A stretch of 63,487 nt of DNA, counting the filler, from Choristocarpus tenellus KU-1152 (lineage: Eukaryota > Protista > Phaeophyceae), in the NCBI GenBank assembly GCA_964200185.2. It is 8 parts of 8 records of this genome, joined end to end, with 100 filler letters (N's around TTAATTAATTAA, not from the genome) between each part and the next. Parts side by side here need not be neighbours in the genome. Positions count along the whole stretch, not along the records: positions 1 to 7,918 come from CAXNAD020005398.1; positions 8,019 to 21,997 come from CAXNAD020001312.1; 6 more parts are not named here. One strand, 5' to 3'. A program made the position numbers and the translations under genes. The notes under the pieces are model-generated. The model had not been told where the DNA came from and ran no database searches. It saw only the letters and a program-made list of their open reading frames with translations. Below, piece by piece: positions 1 through 11,726 of this stretch; the first letter of the stretch is position 1, and every line of letters begins with the position of its first letter.

Positions 1-153
1 GGGTCTACACCAGGGTGTCCATTCAGGCCCTGACCAGGAGAGGTGCACTTACATTATCCATCCAACAGATGCAACCAAATCACCCAAAAATCACGACATG
101 CAAAAATGTGACCCGAATGGACAGCCACCACCCCCCCCCAGATACTTGGAGCC
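1..153 (+). mobile_element. MITE family B, partial copy (left end outside window)
   Basis: Highly similar to 40100-40259; ends in CCCCCCAGATACTTGGAGCC, the right TIR. Confidence 0.8.
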
Positions 154-499
154 TCCAACCAACAACCAAACAAAATGGACATGGCATAAAAAACAAGTCT
201 ACAAAGTCAAAAGAAAAACTATACTCATCTTTTAATCAAATTGCGTAAGAAAGGAAGATGACCTCCGTGGAAATACTGTTGTTCGTACACAATGCTGATG
301 TAACAAATCACGTCTTAGGGAACAGGCTCTTCACAAGATAATAAAAATAATATTGGAGAGAGAAATATGAGTTTGCTACACCCCAGGCAGGGACTTTCCG
401 CACTGAATATTTGAAAATGGTGCACAAGGCACGCAATGCAAAGAGGAGCACAAATATTTGGAGATTTTAAAACTCATAGCAGACACTAAATAATAAATA

Positions 500-790
500 C
501 TCCAAGTAATGAAACCCCTGCATGATACTGTGTAGTGCTGGCCTCATTGTTCATTGATGTTGGAGTCCCTGAAGAATTGAAACATTGAAGTGCTTTGCGC
601 TCACGCAGGCTCATTGTCTCTTCAAGTCTCGAAACAGGCTGTCGCGCCTCCATCCACCTCTTCATCTGTATCCTCCTTCTACTCTTCATCACTCTCTTCT
701 ACAACTAGCTCAACCTGTAATGTTCGAGGGATGTCATCTTCAGCCCCAGGGTTAGGGTGAGGTTATCCTCCCTCAAATGCCTCTCTCCAT
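500..790 (-). repeat. Degenerate repeat, inverted copy of ~1600-1880
   Basis: ORF translations MMKSRRRIQMKRWME (-) and MMKGRRRMWMKRLME (+) align, as does the surrounding DNA. Confidence 0.7.
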
Positions 791-2612
791 CCTCCTCAGT
801 TGTCTTCAGCTTCAAACTTGATCATACTGAAATCAGTTCCCAGCTACTACATGAAAGAATCCAATGTTTCACTGGACCTGATCGGGCTAAGATTATTCCT
901 AACCTGAGTGGACAATCCCCACACCGACCTCTCAACTTCTAGGTGCACAGTGCAACCGCTAGGAATCCCTTGTTGACATAAAGTATACCTGTAGAACATC
1001 AGGATCCTGATCTGTCCAATGCATCACCTACCTTTGATACAATGCGAGGGCTTCACTAGAGATGCAGCAAAGATTGATAAACAAAACAAAATTTCGGTCA
1101 TCAAAAAAAGAATGACCTGGATGGAAACCGATTTGATTCCTAACTAACTAGATACAAAATATCTACCTAGAAGGTATTAGGAAAGTTTGGCAAATTACCA
1201 CATACTCAGCACTATATCTAACATAATTCCAACACAAAAGTCCAGGGAGAGATAAGGGAATACTATGAACCACATCAAATACACCAAAGGCATGATTGAT
1301 CCAACTCCCGTGTCAGACTCACGCCTCATATCCTGTCAAGTTGGACACGCAAAATCATTAGTTCTACCATTGATGTTATGGAAGAAATTAAATAGTATAG
1401 ATCAAAAACTCAGGTAACTTTTCTCAGGATTTTGCAACAGGCTGGATCATAGGGATCACACGTCTGGAAAGAATATGGACAAGGGGTTGAATGTGTACAA
1501 GAGGAAGAAGGCAGAGGGTGAGTTACTAGCCTTGAATAATGGTGTCAAATGTGCCAACATAAAGAAGATGAGGCTGAAGACAACCAAGGAGGATCAACAG
1601 TTGGAGCTCTGAGGGAGAACCTCACAGCTACCTCTGGGATTGAGGATGGCATCCCCCAAGTGCTACAGATCAAGGAGGATGTGGAAGAAATGATGAAGGG
1701 CAGGAGGAGGATGTGGATGAAGAGGTTGATGGAGCCATGAAAGCCTGTGTAGAGACTTCAAGAAATAATGAGCCTGCAAGAAATAAACACTTCAATTCTT
1801 TAGTGAACCAAATATCAATGAACTTATGGCCTAGAGGGCGAACCCACATAGTAACATGCAGGGAAACACATTATTTAGTATCTGCCACGAGCAGAAAGCA
1901 CCAAATATATGTGTCTCTTTGCTTTTCATGCCTTGTTCGCAAAAAACTTCAAAATATTTCACAACTATCCTGACGGTAATGGTGAATTTCTCGGGTCCTG
2001 AATCAGTCTGAACAGTGCCACCTATACCCACACAAGTGTCTGAACATATGCTCTCCGCCAGTATATGCTTCCGAAAGCCAAAGCTTAAAATATCACGGTT
2101 TTCCCACGAATGATGTTTTTTCCACTCATTTCAACAAACTCAAAACAATTATAATAGATTCACACCCTGTGCTACCCACAAAGATCAAATTTACCGCTTA
2201 TACCACCAAATATCCCTTGCCCTCAACTTTCAACTATCCCTAACCCTAATCCGACTTGAGCAAGAAATACGTAAGTCATACCATATAGCAACCAGCTAGT
2301 TCCTTTCACAATAGGCAAGGCAAGTCAAGGCCAAGCAGAAGGGACGTATCTCAAAATCAAGATAATATCTTACATTTAGATCGGTATTACTAAATCAACA
2401 AGATCAAGGTGCACATACATCCCATTGATTTTATGTGATAGAAAGAGAATCCTGTATTGAGGTTGATAGGTTCTCTGTGAACAATTTTCCAGCCCCCTGA
2501 CTCTCAAATCTGTTAATTATCAAATTATATTTTTTTCTTACCCACAGAGAACTTCCAACCTCTTGCATATATTAAGAAGGAATATATTGGTTCTTTAGTC
2601 ACACATACATTA

Positions 2613-2884
2613 GAGTCCAAGTGTCTTAGAGGGTAGAGACACATCCATTTTGGGGCCAAAATCCAATGTTGCGATTTTGATGTAATTTTGGCTATCATGT
2701 TTGTTAGCAAGTGTCAATATCCTTATTCTGGACACAACCTTATATAACGTATACATTTTACCTACTCCAAAACGTTTGGAGTTGGTAAAATGTCATAAGA
2801 AACCATGGGAAGCCAACCCCAAACACACAAACAGGGCAAAACTCGTACCCTCTAAAAGGTATACCCTCTAAGATAATTTCACTC
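2613..2884 (+). mobile_element. MITE family A copy 1
   Basis: GAGTCCAAGTGTCTTAGAGGGTAG...TACCCTCTAAGATAATTTCACTC; partial duplication inside the right TIR. Confidence 0.9.
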
Positions 2885-4113
2885 TGAAACATGTATAAAA
2901 ATTAAGCAATGTTTGCTTGTGTTGGACAGGGCTCCACCACACACCATTCCAACTCATTGCACCTCAACAAATTGCATGATATTTGCATAATCTCATGGGA
3001 AGTATATCTACAAAATATCAATCAGGTACGTCCAACATTGGAATGTATTCATCCACACAAAAGACCTGACAATACAATCTCTCTCGTACGTTCAACCCTA
3101 ATCCTAACCCTAACCCTAATGCTACTTATAATGCGCGCTATAACATGGACCTAAAACAGCGGTAGTATCAACACCAGAAAAAGCTACCCTTCTTACCCTA
3201 CTCCCTTTCCAGTCCCACCTTCTTGTCACCCTCATCACTATCCATTCTTGTGCTATTATGTTGCATCTCCTCCATTCACCACTCTTCTGCACCCCCTTGA
3301 TCCCATTCTTCAACTCTAGCCCTAACCCTTATTCTATCCCTAAACTATTATCACTTTCCAGCTCTTGTAGAAGTGATATAGGGATACTACTAAGGTCTAC
3401 CAAAATACCCCAATCACAATATTGATACCAATAGTATAGATTACGTTTTTATCCTCAACAACAAAAAACGTACCCTAACCTAAATCCTATAAAGAAATAC
3501 TTCAACTATAAAACTCCGGTCCCAATTGTATCCCTGACGATAACTCCATCGAGCCAAAGTAAATGAGACGTACACATATTTTGGCCGTTTCGCCTTGAAG
3601 TATGTTTTTTCAATATCTTGCAATTCACACATATTTTTTACGTATGTCTAATTTTGAATTGAGAGCGTTTATTTCTCTATTGTTTGGAACTTTTCCAACA
3701 CAATTCAGAAAATCCTGCACACCATTTGTAAAAGTCGAATTTAGCACATTCTTGTCAGCATCATTAGAATGCAACTCTGGGTACCTCTTGCTTACCTTGA
3801 CTCATCCCTAAAATGTTCTCTATCCAGCCTCCTTGACTATTACTACCCTTCTCCTCCTTCCTAACAATGCTTCAATCAATGAGGAACTACCCTCTCCACT
3901 TTTCACCACTCTTGATACACTCCAAAGAAGCAGGGCTGGGGAATGGACAGTAACAAGGGTAAGGACAAAGATAACTTGATAACTCCAACATACACCCAGA
4001 AATTGGGCTAGGATTAGGGATTAGATTAAGATACCCCCCATGTGCCTTCATCGGCAACCTCCCTCCAAAAGCACCCTTCACCCACATCTACACCCACAGA
4101 GGTACATTCACAC

Positions 4114-4338
4114 CTCACTGTTGATGATATCAAGCCTGGACTGCCCAAATCTTTCCGACAAACCAATGCTCTCCTCTGCCTGGCTGATGGCAGAGAGGTA
4201 CGATCGACCCGGACCACCCACAACCCCTGACACAGGCGTGATATCGAGGTCAACCCCAGCAGGCAGGGTAGAGGTATCCCAAGACACCACACGGGTCCTG
4301 TTAAGAGAGATTGTTCCGCCCTCGGCTTGCAGGTACAC
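4114..4338 (-). CDS. Mannuronan C5-epimerase (AlgG-like) exon
   Basis: AG|GTG...GAG|GT, 225 nt, phase 0/0; VYLQAEGGTISL...SWDTS...GRSYLSAIS...SRLDIINSE matches recalled brown-algal MC5E motifs. Confidence 0.85.
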
Positions 4339-4339
4339 C

Positions 4340-4373
<34 letters not shown>

Positions 4374-4916
4374 ATTAAAAAATTCAAGGTAGGTCTATCT
4401 TGAAGAGATGGGAAACAACAACTGCAATTGATGTATATTGGCAGTGAGAGTACAACCATGGTTTTTGGACATGTAGTTGTATGAGGATGTATTTGCATGT
4501 ATGCAAGACCTCAAAACTGAACAGCTGAGCATGAAAAGCAAGACAGCTAAAAACAACACCTGAGATAACTTCGAAAGACTTACACATACACATGCATTTT
4601 TTTTTTAAATTCAAGTACCCCACATCGCAAGGAGTAGCATGAACAACACTCCACCCCTAATCCCTCGAAGCACTTCAATGAATAAAATAACTTGTGTGCA
4701 AACATAGATATATATAAATATAAATATAAATATATATAAATATTTATATATATATACGAGTATGGGGTGTGCAGCAGTGGAGTGTGTATTAGGGAGTGAA
4801 GACAAGTTTGAGGGGAATGGGTTGAGGAGTGATCGGAGGGGGATAGGTTAGACTTCTGGTTATGGATAGAGGCAGTCGTAGCAGAGAAACAGGGAGCAAT
4901 AGAATAGATTTCGCAC

Positions 4917-5012
4917 CACTGTTGTACTGGTACTGATCAGTCGGAGTTCATCACAATCTCCTCCAATTCCACTGCCATGCAGTTCCAGTCTAGAGTTGTT
5001 CTGGACATGCAC
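4917..5012 (-). CDS. Mannuronan C5-epimerase exon
   Basis: 96 nt, canonical splice sites; VHVQNNSRLELHGSGIGGDCDELRLISTSTTV (GGDCDELRL motif). Confidence 0.88.
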
Positions 5013-5149
5013 CTACCAAAAATGTATATATTTAGTACGAGTGCAAGTTGAATGGGTTAAGGGTTAGGGTTAGTGGACAAGAGAGAGTCTGTGTAGGGGG
5101 GGAGAGAACAATGGATTAGGTTACAGCTAGAGCCCACCATCGCAAAGGT

Positions 5150-6320
5150 AACTGAGGTAGCACACTCAAAGGGTCTGCTGGTGGTACCATAACAAGAAAG
5201 GCAATGAAAGAAACAACCCAGACCTGAAAAAAGAAACAAAAAAACTGCAGCATTCCAGTCAGAGTGCACAATTAAACTGAAAGTCATGTATTTACAGATT
5301 GAGTTTTTTCCCCCTCAAAACTTGCATATTTTCAGTTGCCCATTTCTGAAAGGTGAAAATTCAGAGTAAACCATTCATAAAATATTTAAATTTATCCTTA
5401 TCGATTTATCATGGCATCTATCGGATGTGCCTGTTGGAACAATTTTAGGGCAATCGCCATGCTACCAATCAATAAAACAGTGTAGGACTTGCGATGTTTC
5501 CTTACAAACATCGTATACCACCACCAAAGATGGCAGCAATCATAAAACCATGGTGTGCGCATGTGAAACACCATTATCCCCTCTTGGATGGTTCTAGAAA
5601 AAATGTAAGAGTGTGTAACTTAGAGGGTACGAGTTTTGCCCTATTTGGCCATTTAGGGCTTGGGTACCCGCAGGTTCTTTATGACATTTTCCTATTCCAA
5701 AATGTTTCGAAGTATCTAAAATGCATATGTTATGAAAAGGTGTGTCCGGAACAAGGATACTGAAACTTCCTAACAAACACGATAGCCAAAATTACATCAA
5801 ATCACAACATTGGATTTTGGCCCCCAAACGGACTCGGCTCTACCCTCTATGATACTATGACTCCAACACCTTAAAGGTGTGAAAACATCCCTTCTATCAT
5901 GCGAGTGTACTAGACAAGATGCATCTCGAGAAATCATTGGGAAAATTACAGGTGCGGCGCGCGTAGCTGATAATGCAATAGTTCGATCGATATAGAGCGT
6001 GAGCAGCAATGAATGAGTTGCCACCCCTGCCAACAAGTATCTTTCGTCGGGTCATGTTGCCTGGTGCTACAGCATGTGATTCTTCGCATACGATTCTGAT
6101 GCACTCTACTCCCGGCCAGTTAACAGCACCCCTCAAATTCGTACGAGGTTTCTTCTGTCGTACTCTTTGTGCCATACATGCAACCTAATGAGTGACAATT
6201 CAGAACAGTGGACAAAAATAAGATCATCTCCTCACCAAACGAAACCACCTAGTCAACCATCTCTGTAACAAAACGTTGCCGCTGGGCTTGATTCCAATTG
6301 ACGCTGACCGACATAGCAGA
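5150..6320 (-). pseudogene. Highly degraded PIF/Harbinger-like transposase remnant in an MC5E intron, split by MITE A copy 2
   Basis: Fragments such as GWQLIHC, CIISYARRTC and CLSCYGTTSRPFEC, spread over several frames, resemble DDE_Tnp_4 motifs; many stops. Confidence 0.4.
5609..5863 (-). mobile_element. MITE family A copy 2
   Basis: Reverse-oriented match to the family A consensus. Confidence 0.9.
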
Positions 6321-6695
6321 CACACTTATTGATGTTGTTCTAGTTAAAAGATGAGCGTGCTTTGCGTGTGGATAGGGGAGGGAGGTTTCGACAGCAATTC
6401 AATTATAGACCTTAGATCTACGAGACAGACCAAAAGAACGCGAGACTTCTCGGTTTTAAGTTATGCAAAGGATTTCATTGTGATACCCTGCACAGCTGAT
6501 TTTAGAGTCCTATCCCATAGAAGAGAGAGACATTTGACAGCAGATAATGGTGCTAGCTAAGGTACGATTGTCACAACACAACATGTGGTCTGCAGGTCCA
6601 ATCATATTCCGTGTTCCATGACCAACAGAAGTCCGTAAGATATGCACTTACTCACACCAACTCTGGGCTAAATATTTTGACAGCAATGCCCTCAC

Positions 6696-6871
6696 ATTGC
6701 TTTCCAACAACCATGTATTTTCCGTCTCCTCCCTGTAGAGTGGCTCCTTCCCTTCCCTAACCGCGAAGATGTCAGATAGGGTGACGCAGCCGGTTTCCTC
6801 GTCACCAATGTATATTCGCCGCGATGTTGAGGCCCATGTGATGCTTGCCAGAGGCTCGTCCGCAGAGCATG
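6696..6871 (-). CDS. Mannuronan C5-epimerase exon
   Basis: 176 nt, phase 1/0; CSADEPLASITWASTSRRIYIGDEETGCVTLSDIF...PLY...TWLLESN. Confidence 0.85.
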
Positions 6872-7050
6872 CTTCGCAAGAGAAAGGGTTGCCAAGAAAC
6901 CTCAACACTGGGTAGATGGAAACGGACAAATAGATGGAGAACTTCGCCATGATCACTTAAGCTTTTTGCTCTACTCTCTCTCCCTCTCTCTCCCACCCCC
7001 CCTCTCTCACACACACAAGCACAAACAAACAAAGACAAAGATAAACTCAC

Positions 7051-7102
7051 AAGTTGGTGGTGTTGGAGGTACCGAGTCATCAACCGTTCTGGTCAACCTC
7101 AA
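7051..7102 (-). CDS. Probable mannuronan C5-epimerase exon (Pro/Thr linker)
   Basis: TAG|TTG...CTT|GTGAG, 52 nt, phase 0/1, fits the next exon; LRLTRTVDDSVPPTPPT. Confidence 0.6.
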
Positions 7103-7719
7103 CTATAAATATTAACTTGAGTGACAGAAGATCAGAACAAAGTTCAAAACAAATCAAAATCATTACTTGTAGTGACTATTATAATATGGATTAATTTCAA
7201 AAGATATCTAGAACAATAGAACCGGTGATAAAAAATAAGAGACAACACTAACGGTAGTTGATAGAACAATAGTTGAAAAAAACTAATCCTAAATGCGGAC
7301 CAAAACAAATTATTTTTGAATCTATGTAAGAGCCATCTTCCACAGAAGGTATACCCTGAAGGTGACCTATCTTGAACATTCTGACATTCATATGACAATT
7401 TTTCTTTCATGTTGAATTTAACATCTGCCTGAAGTAAGATAGGGTGGTTTGGAGTGACCTTAACAAACCCCCCCTCTTCCAGCTACCACTTGTACACTCT
7501 TTTCCTGAGTGATCTTCTGAGGGATTACTCTCCCTCTTTGGCTTGTCTCTCTTTGATCTTGCCTCTGTGAGTCTTCCCGCTCCCCTTCATTACCAAGAAC
7601 CTGTCGGCTTGTTTCCACCTGTTTCACACCTATAACAATTGTCTTTTTTGGCATGCTGTGTACAAACCCCACTACAACATAAATCCAAAACGATATAAAA
7701 AATGTATTTAGTTACACAG

Positions 7720-7915
7720 TAGGTACCCCTATTTTGGGCCCAAAAATTATGAACCAAATCCAAAAATATGCAATTTTTTACCGCTTTTTTCGACATGCTC
7801 AAAAAAATAAGCTTTTGTACCGGAATTCTAGTATTTGGGCGATTTGGGACAAAATCCCAGAGATATTCACGCGAGTTTGAAAAAAAAAAAAAAATTTCTC
7901 GCGAAAAGTGCCTTT
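7720..7915 (+). repeat. Dispersed repeat family D
   Basis: Reverse-complement match to 53447-53632 (…CGCGAAAAGTGCC end). Confidence 0.75.
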
Positions 7916-7918
7916 CTT

Positions 7919-8018
7919 NNNNNNNNNNNNNNNNNNNNNNNNNNNNNNNNNNNNNNNNNNNNTTAATTAATTAANNNNNNNNNNNNNNNNNNNNNNNNNN
8001 NNNNNNNNNNNNNNNNNN
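7919..8018. other. Artificial contig linker N44-TTAATTAATTAA-N44
   Basis: The same 100-bp linker occurs at 21998-22097, 32953-33052, 39954-40053, 44069-44168, 52899-52998 and 56706-56805; it has stops in all six frames. Confidence 0.97.
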
Positions 8019-8228
8019 ACAGATGTGTCAGGGGGGAAACCAATGAAAACTATATATATATGCATGTCATTATTAGCCCTAAAGAAATAAAATACCCTAA
8101 ACATAAGAACACTATAAAACATTGTGAGTGTGGAAACTACTAATCTATCAGTTACTTCCCCAATATAAAACATTGTACTACTGTCGTCTTTGCTTCCCAT
8201 CTACCTACACCTGTGCCCCAGGAGGGGG
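8019..8228 (-). mobile_element. Dispersed repeat family C (SINE/LINE 3'-end-like)
   Basis: Reverse-complement match to 53810-54015 and similar to 21712-21945. Confidence 0.7.
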
Positions 8229-8240
8229 ACTCAAGGTTCA

Positions 8241-8530
8241 TAAATATCATACTATAAATATCATACTGTAAATATCATACAATAAATGTCATAGTACAAA
8301 TATCATACTATAAATATCATACAATAAATGTCATACTAAAAATATCATACTAGAAATGTCATACTAGAAATGTCATAGTACAAATATTATACTATAAATA
8401 TCATACTAGAAATATCATACTATAAATGTCATACAATAAATGTCATACTAGAAATAACATACTATAAATATCATACAATAAATGTCATAGTACAAATATT
8501 ATACTAGAAATATCATACTATAAATATTAT
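8241..8530. repeat. 14-bp minisatellite (TAAATATCATACTA), ~20 copies
   Basis: Direct reading. Confidence 0.9.
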
Positions 8531-8559
8531 AATACATTTGTTCACTTTTTTCTGCTCAC

Positions 8560-8659
8560 CAGAGGCACTATCCAGGACTGTCTCTCCACAAAGGTCTTGG
8601 TAAACTTACTCCGAAGGGCATCCTCTGTGAGAGATTTGATATCCAGACTCAAGCATGAC
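8560..8659 (-). CDS. 1,3-beta-glucan synthase (GT48, callose synthase/FKS1-like) exon 10
   Basis: 100 nt, phase 2/0; SCLSLD...KTFVERQSW. Confidence 0.9.
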
Positions 8660-9316
8660 CTTGTGGGTCAGACAGGCAGCACACAATAGATGAAACATTA
8701 TACTATTATATATACAAAATAATATATATTATGTTATATTTGTTATACTTTTTATCAAAGCAATACCTAACAAAATCAAGGATGGGAAGGGCAGTCTTGT
8801 AACGTTTTGAGTCAAATCTTCAACAGTTAACAAGTGGATCCCACTAAGGAGACAAGGCAGCATTGTACACATAGCACCAACTTTTCAAATAACTAAATTA
8901 ATATGTTGCACACACCCTCAATAGCACAATCACTCTATAAGCAATATGGCTCTTGACACCCTCAATAGCACCATCACTCTATAAACAATATGGCTCTTGA
9001 TATTGCAAGGAAATCACAGCAGCACCCCTATTGTTATTGAAGGTATTCATAGTACGCTTTAGATAAGAGTTGAAGGTCATCTTGTGTTAGGGTTAGGGTT
9101 AGGGAGTAGGGGGAAATAAAATCATAATTAGCACGATCATGTCAAGAAAAATAATTACAGCAATTATGGTTAGGGTTAGGGCTAGTATAATAGTATTCAC
9201 TTCATTATAAGCATCAATAGAACAGAAATATTACTATTAATAGCTGAATCAGGATCAGTCTACAGATAACACAAATATGATGTCATATCATAGTCTTACT
9301 ACATGGCCTACAAGGG

Positions 9317-9507
9317 CACAATAAATTAATCGTATGTCACAACATATTAATAGTATGTCACAATAAATTAATAGTATGTCACAACATATTAATAGTATGT
9401 CACAATAAATTAATAGTATGTCACAATAAATTAATATATGTCACAATAAATTAATAGTATGTCACAACATATTAATAGTATGTCACAATAAATTAATAGT
9501 ATGTCAC
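9317..9507. repeat. 21-bp minisatellite (CACAATAAATTAATAGTATGT), ~9 copies
   Basis: Direct reading. Confidence 0.9.
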
Positions 9508-9692
9508 ATCTAAGATTCACTTAGTTAAATAAGTGCTCATGTAAAATAGTAATATGCAACAATAATATTCAAAATATTAGCATGGAATCAAATGATAGTC
9601 TACCACTTGTACTGTGAGTTGAACGTCAACTTGATAATTTATCCCTCACAGTGGATGAGTAGAGTTATTTCAGTAGAGTTATTTCAGTTCAC

Positions 9693-9818
9693 CTCTGCCA
9701 GAAGGTCTCGTTGAAGTCATCGTAGTTCTTGATGTATGCCGTATCGACTCCCTTCTTATCCTCAAGCTGCTCCGATAGCACATTGTAGCATGGCTTGATG
9801 ACCTCTTTCAAGTAGGAT
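9693..9818 (-). CDS. GT48 glucan synthase exon 9
   Basis: 126 nt, phase 2/2; YLKEVIKPCY...KNYDDFNETFW (FKS1 domain motif). Confidence 0.92.
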
Positions 9819-10145
9819 CTGATTTGTCACAAGTAGGATCTGATTTGTCATAAGTAGGATCTGATTTGTCATAAGTAGGATCTGATTTGTCACAAGTAGG
9901 ATCTGATTTGTCACAAGTAGGATCTGATTTGTCACACGTAGGATCTGATTTGTCACAAGTAGGATCTGATTTGTCACAAGTAGGATCTGATTTGTCATAA
10001 GTAGGATCTGATTTGTCACACGTAGGATCTGATTTGTCACACGTAGGATCTGATTTGTCACAAGTAGGATCTGATTTGTCACAAGTAGGATCTGATTTGT
10101 CACAAGTAGGATCTGATTTGTCACACGTAGGATCTGATTTGTCAT
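9809..10145. repeat. 21-bp tandem repeat, 16 copies, built from the intron/exon junction of GT48 exon 9
   Basis: Minus-strand unit GTGACAAATCAG|ATCCTACTT; first and last AG are 315 bp (15x21) apart. Confidence 0.95.
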
Positions 10146-10736
10146 ACCCTCCAAAAAAGTCAAAACAACTGAGTCACAAGTCACCAATGCCAGGAACCAA
10201 TCTGAACCAATCTGAACCAACCTACAGATGTTCAAGTCAAGCACATAGAAAGATTAGCAATCAACAATCAGTAATCAACGATGAATTGTATATGCCACGT
10301 TCCAAGCAACTCAAGCACCCATTAGTGACATTAGTGACATTAGTGACATAGACCATGGTGATGAGGATAGTTCATGCATCCAAGTGACTACTATTGCATT
10401 ACTAACCCTAACCCTAAATAAAAATTGACTGACTTCTTTGTACAACCAAGATACACCTACAACACACACATGTAGCCCCACCACTATCACTATCATACCA
10501 TCATAACTACCACTAATTTTGTTAACTTATTGATACTATTATTTCTGGTGACTAACTGTAGATGAATTGTACTGTAGATATATCAATAGTAACTGTAGTA
10601 TATTGATACTAACTGTACTGCACTGATACTAGCTGTACTGTATTGATACTAATTGCACCATTTGATACTAATTGTACTATTTGATACTAATTGTACTATT
10701 TGATACTAATTATATTGCTGTCTGCACCTCGCTTAC

Positions 10737-10831
10737 CGCAAAAACTGTTCTGGCTTCCTATTCTTGAGGACATCCCTCAAATGACCAGCACTCTTGTGGT
10801 GAACCCAGCACAAGAACTCTGGACACAGTCT
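10737..10831 (-). CDS. GT48 glucan synthase exon 8
   Basis: 95 nt, phase 0/2; RLCPEFLCWVHHK (cf. RFMPECLCYIFH). Confidence 0.9.
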
Positions 10832-11025
10832 CTATCGATCACATTGTGTCAGGAAAAATAAAAAAGGTTACATATTTTTATTATTTATATTTGTAGCTGT
10901 TACTATTGTTGGGGTATAGACTGATATGCTATCAAGTACTACTACTAATACAAATGGGCATAAAGTCTTGATGAAGACATGATTAGTGTTGCTCTTAGTT
11001 CAAATGTACCATTCAGTAAATGCAT

Positions 11026-11255
11026 ATGTTAATGTTAGTGTTAGTGTTAGTGTTAATGTGAATATTAATGTTAGTGTTAGTGTTAGTGTTAATGTTAATA
11101 TTAATGTTAATGTTAATGTTAGTGTTAGTGTTAGTGTTAGTGTTAGTGTTAGTGTTAATATTAATGTTTGTGTTAGTTGTAATGTTAATGCTTATGTTAA
11201 TGCTAATGTTAATGCTAATGTTAATGCTAATGTTAATGCTAATGTTAATGTTAAC
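11026..11255. repeat. Hexamer microsatellite (GTTAAT/GTTAGT/GCTAAT)n
   Basis: Direct reading. Confidence 0.9.
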
Positions 11256-11684
11256 AAGCAACGCCTGCTGGATACTCAGCAGTACATTATTATTTATTGA
11301 TACTTTAGACATATCATGACATACACTACTCATTAGAACACACAAGTACTGTATTCAATAAAGATGCATAAAACCAAATGGAACTACAATATTTGTCACT
11401 ATTTAACAACCCGTCAACCCTCAAGACACCTTTACTTAAGTCATTATAATATTAAGAATATACTATTATTACTGATAGGAAGAGTATACTTCCCTTCTTC
11501 AAACACCAACAAGAATACAAGTGGGTGGGCTGTGCCAGGAAAGGGTGAGTGATGTGAGTGATGTGAGCGATGTGAGTTGATGTGAGTGATATGGGAAGAC
11601 AATGAACGGTATACTACTAAACACAGAGTTCTCTCAACTCAACTCACAATCCTAACCCTAACCCTAACCCTAACCCTAACCCAC

Positions 11685-11726
11685 CAGGTTAGCTCCCTCC
11701 CCCCAGAGCAGGAGTGACAGAGACAC
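11685..11726 (-). CDS. GT48 glucan synthase exon 7
   Basis: 42 nt, phase 0/0; VSLSLLLWGEGANL (WGEAANL motif); a (TTAGGG)5 tract follows the donor directly. Confidence 0.9.

Noticed and set aside
7919-8018. Recurrent palindrome TTAATTAATTAA flanked by Ns
   Set aside because: Fixed 100-bp artificial linker with six-frame stops; not biological.
9762-10351. ORFs with TNQILLV / VGSDLSQ repeats
   Set aside because: Off-frame translations of the 21-bp array; the real frame is the GT48 exon.
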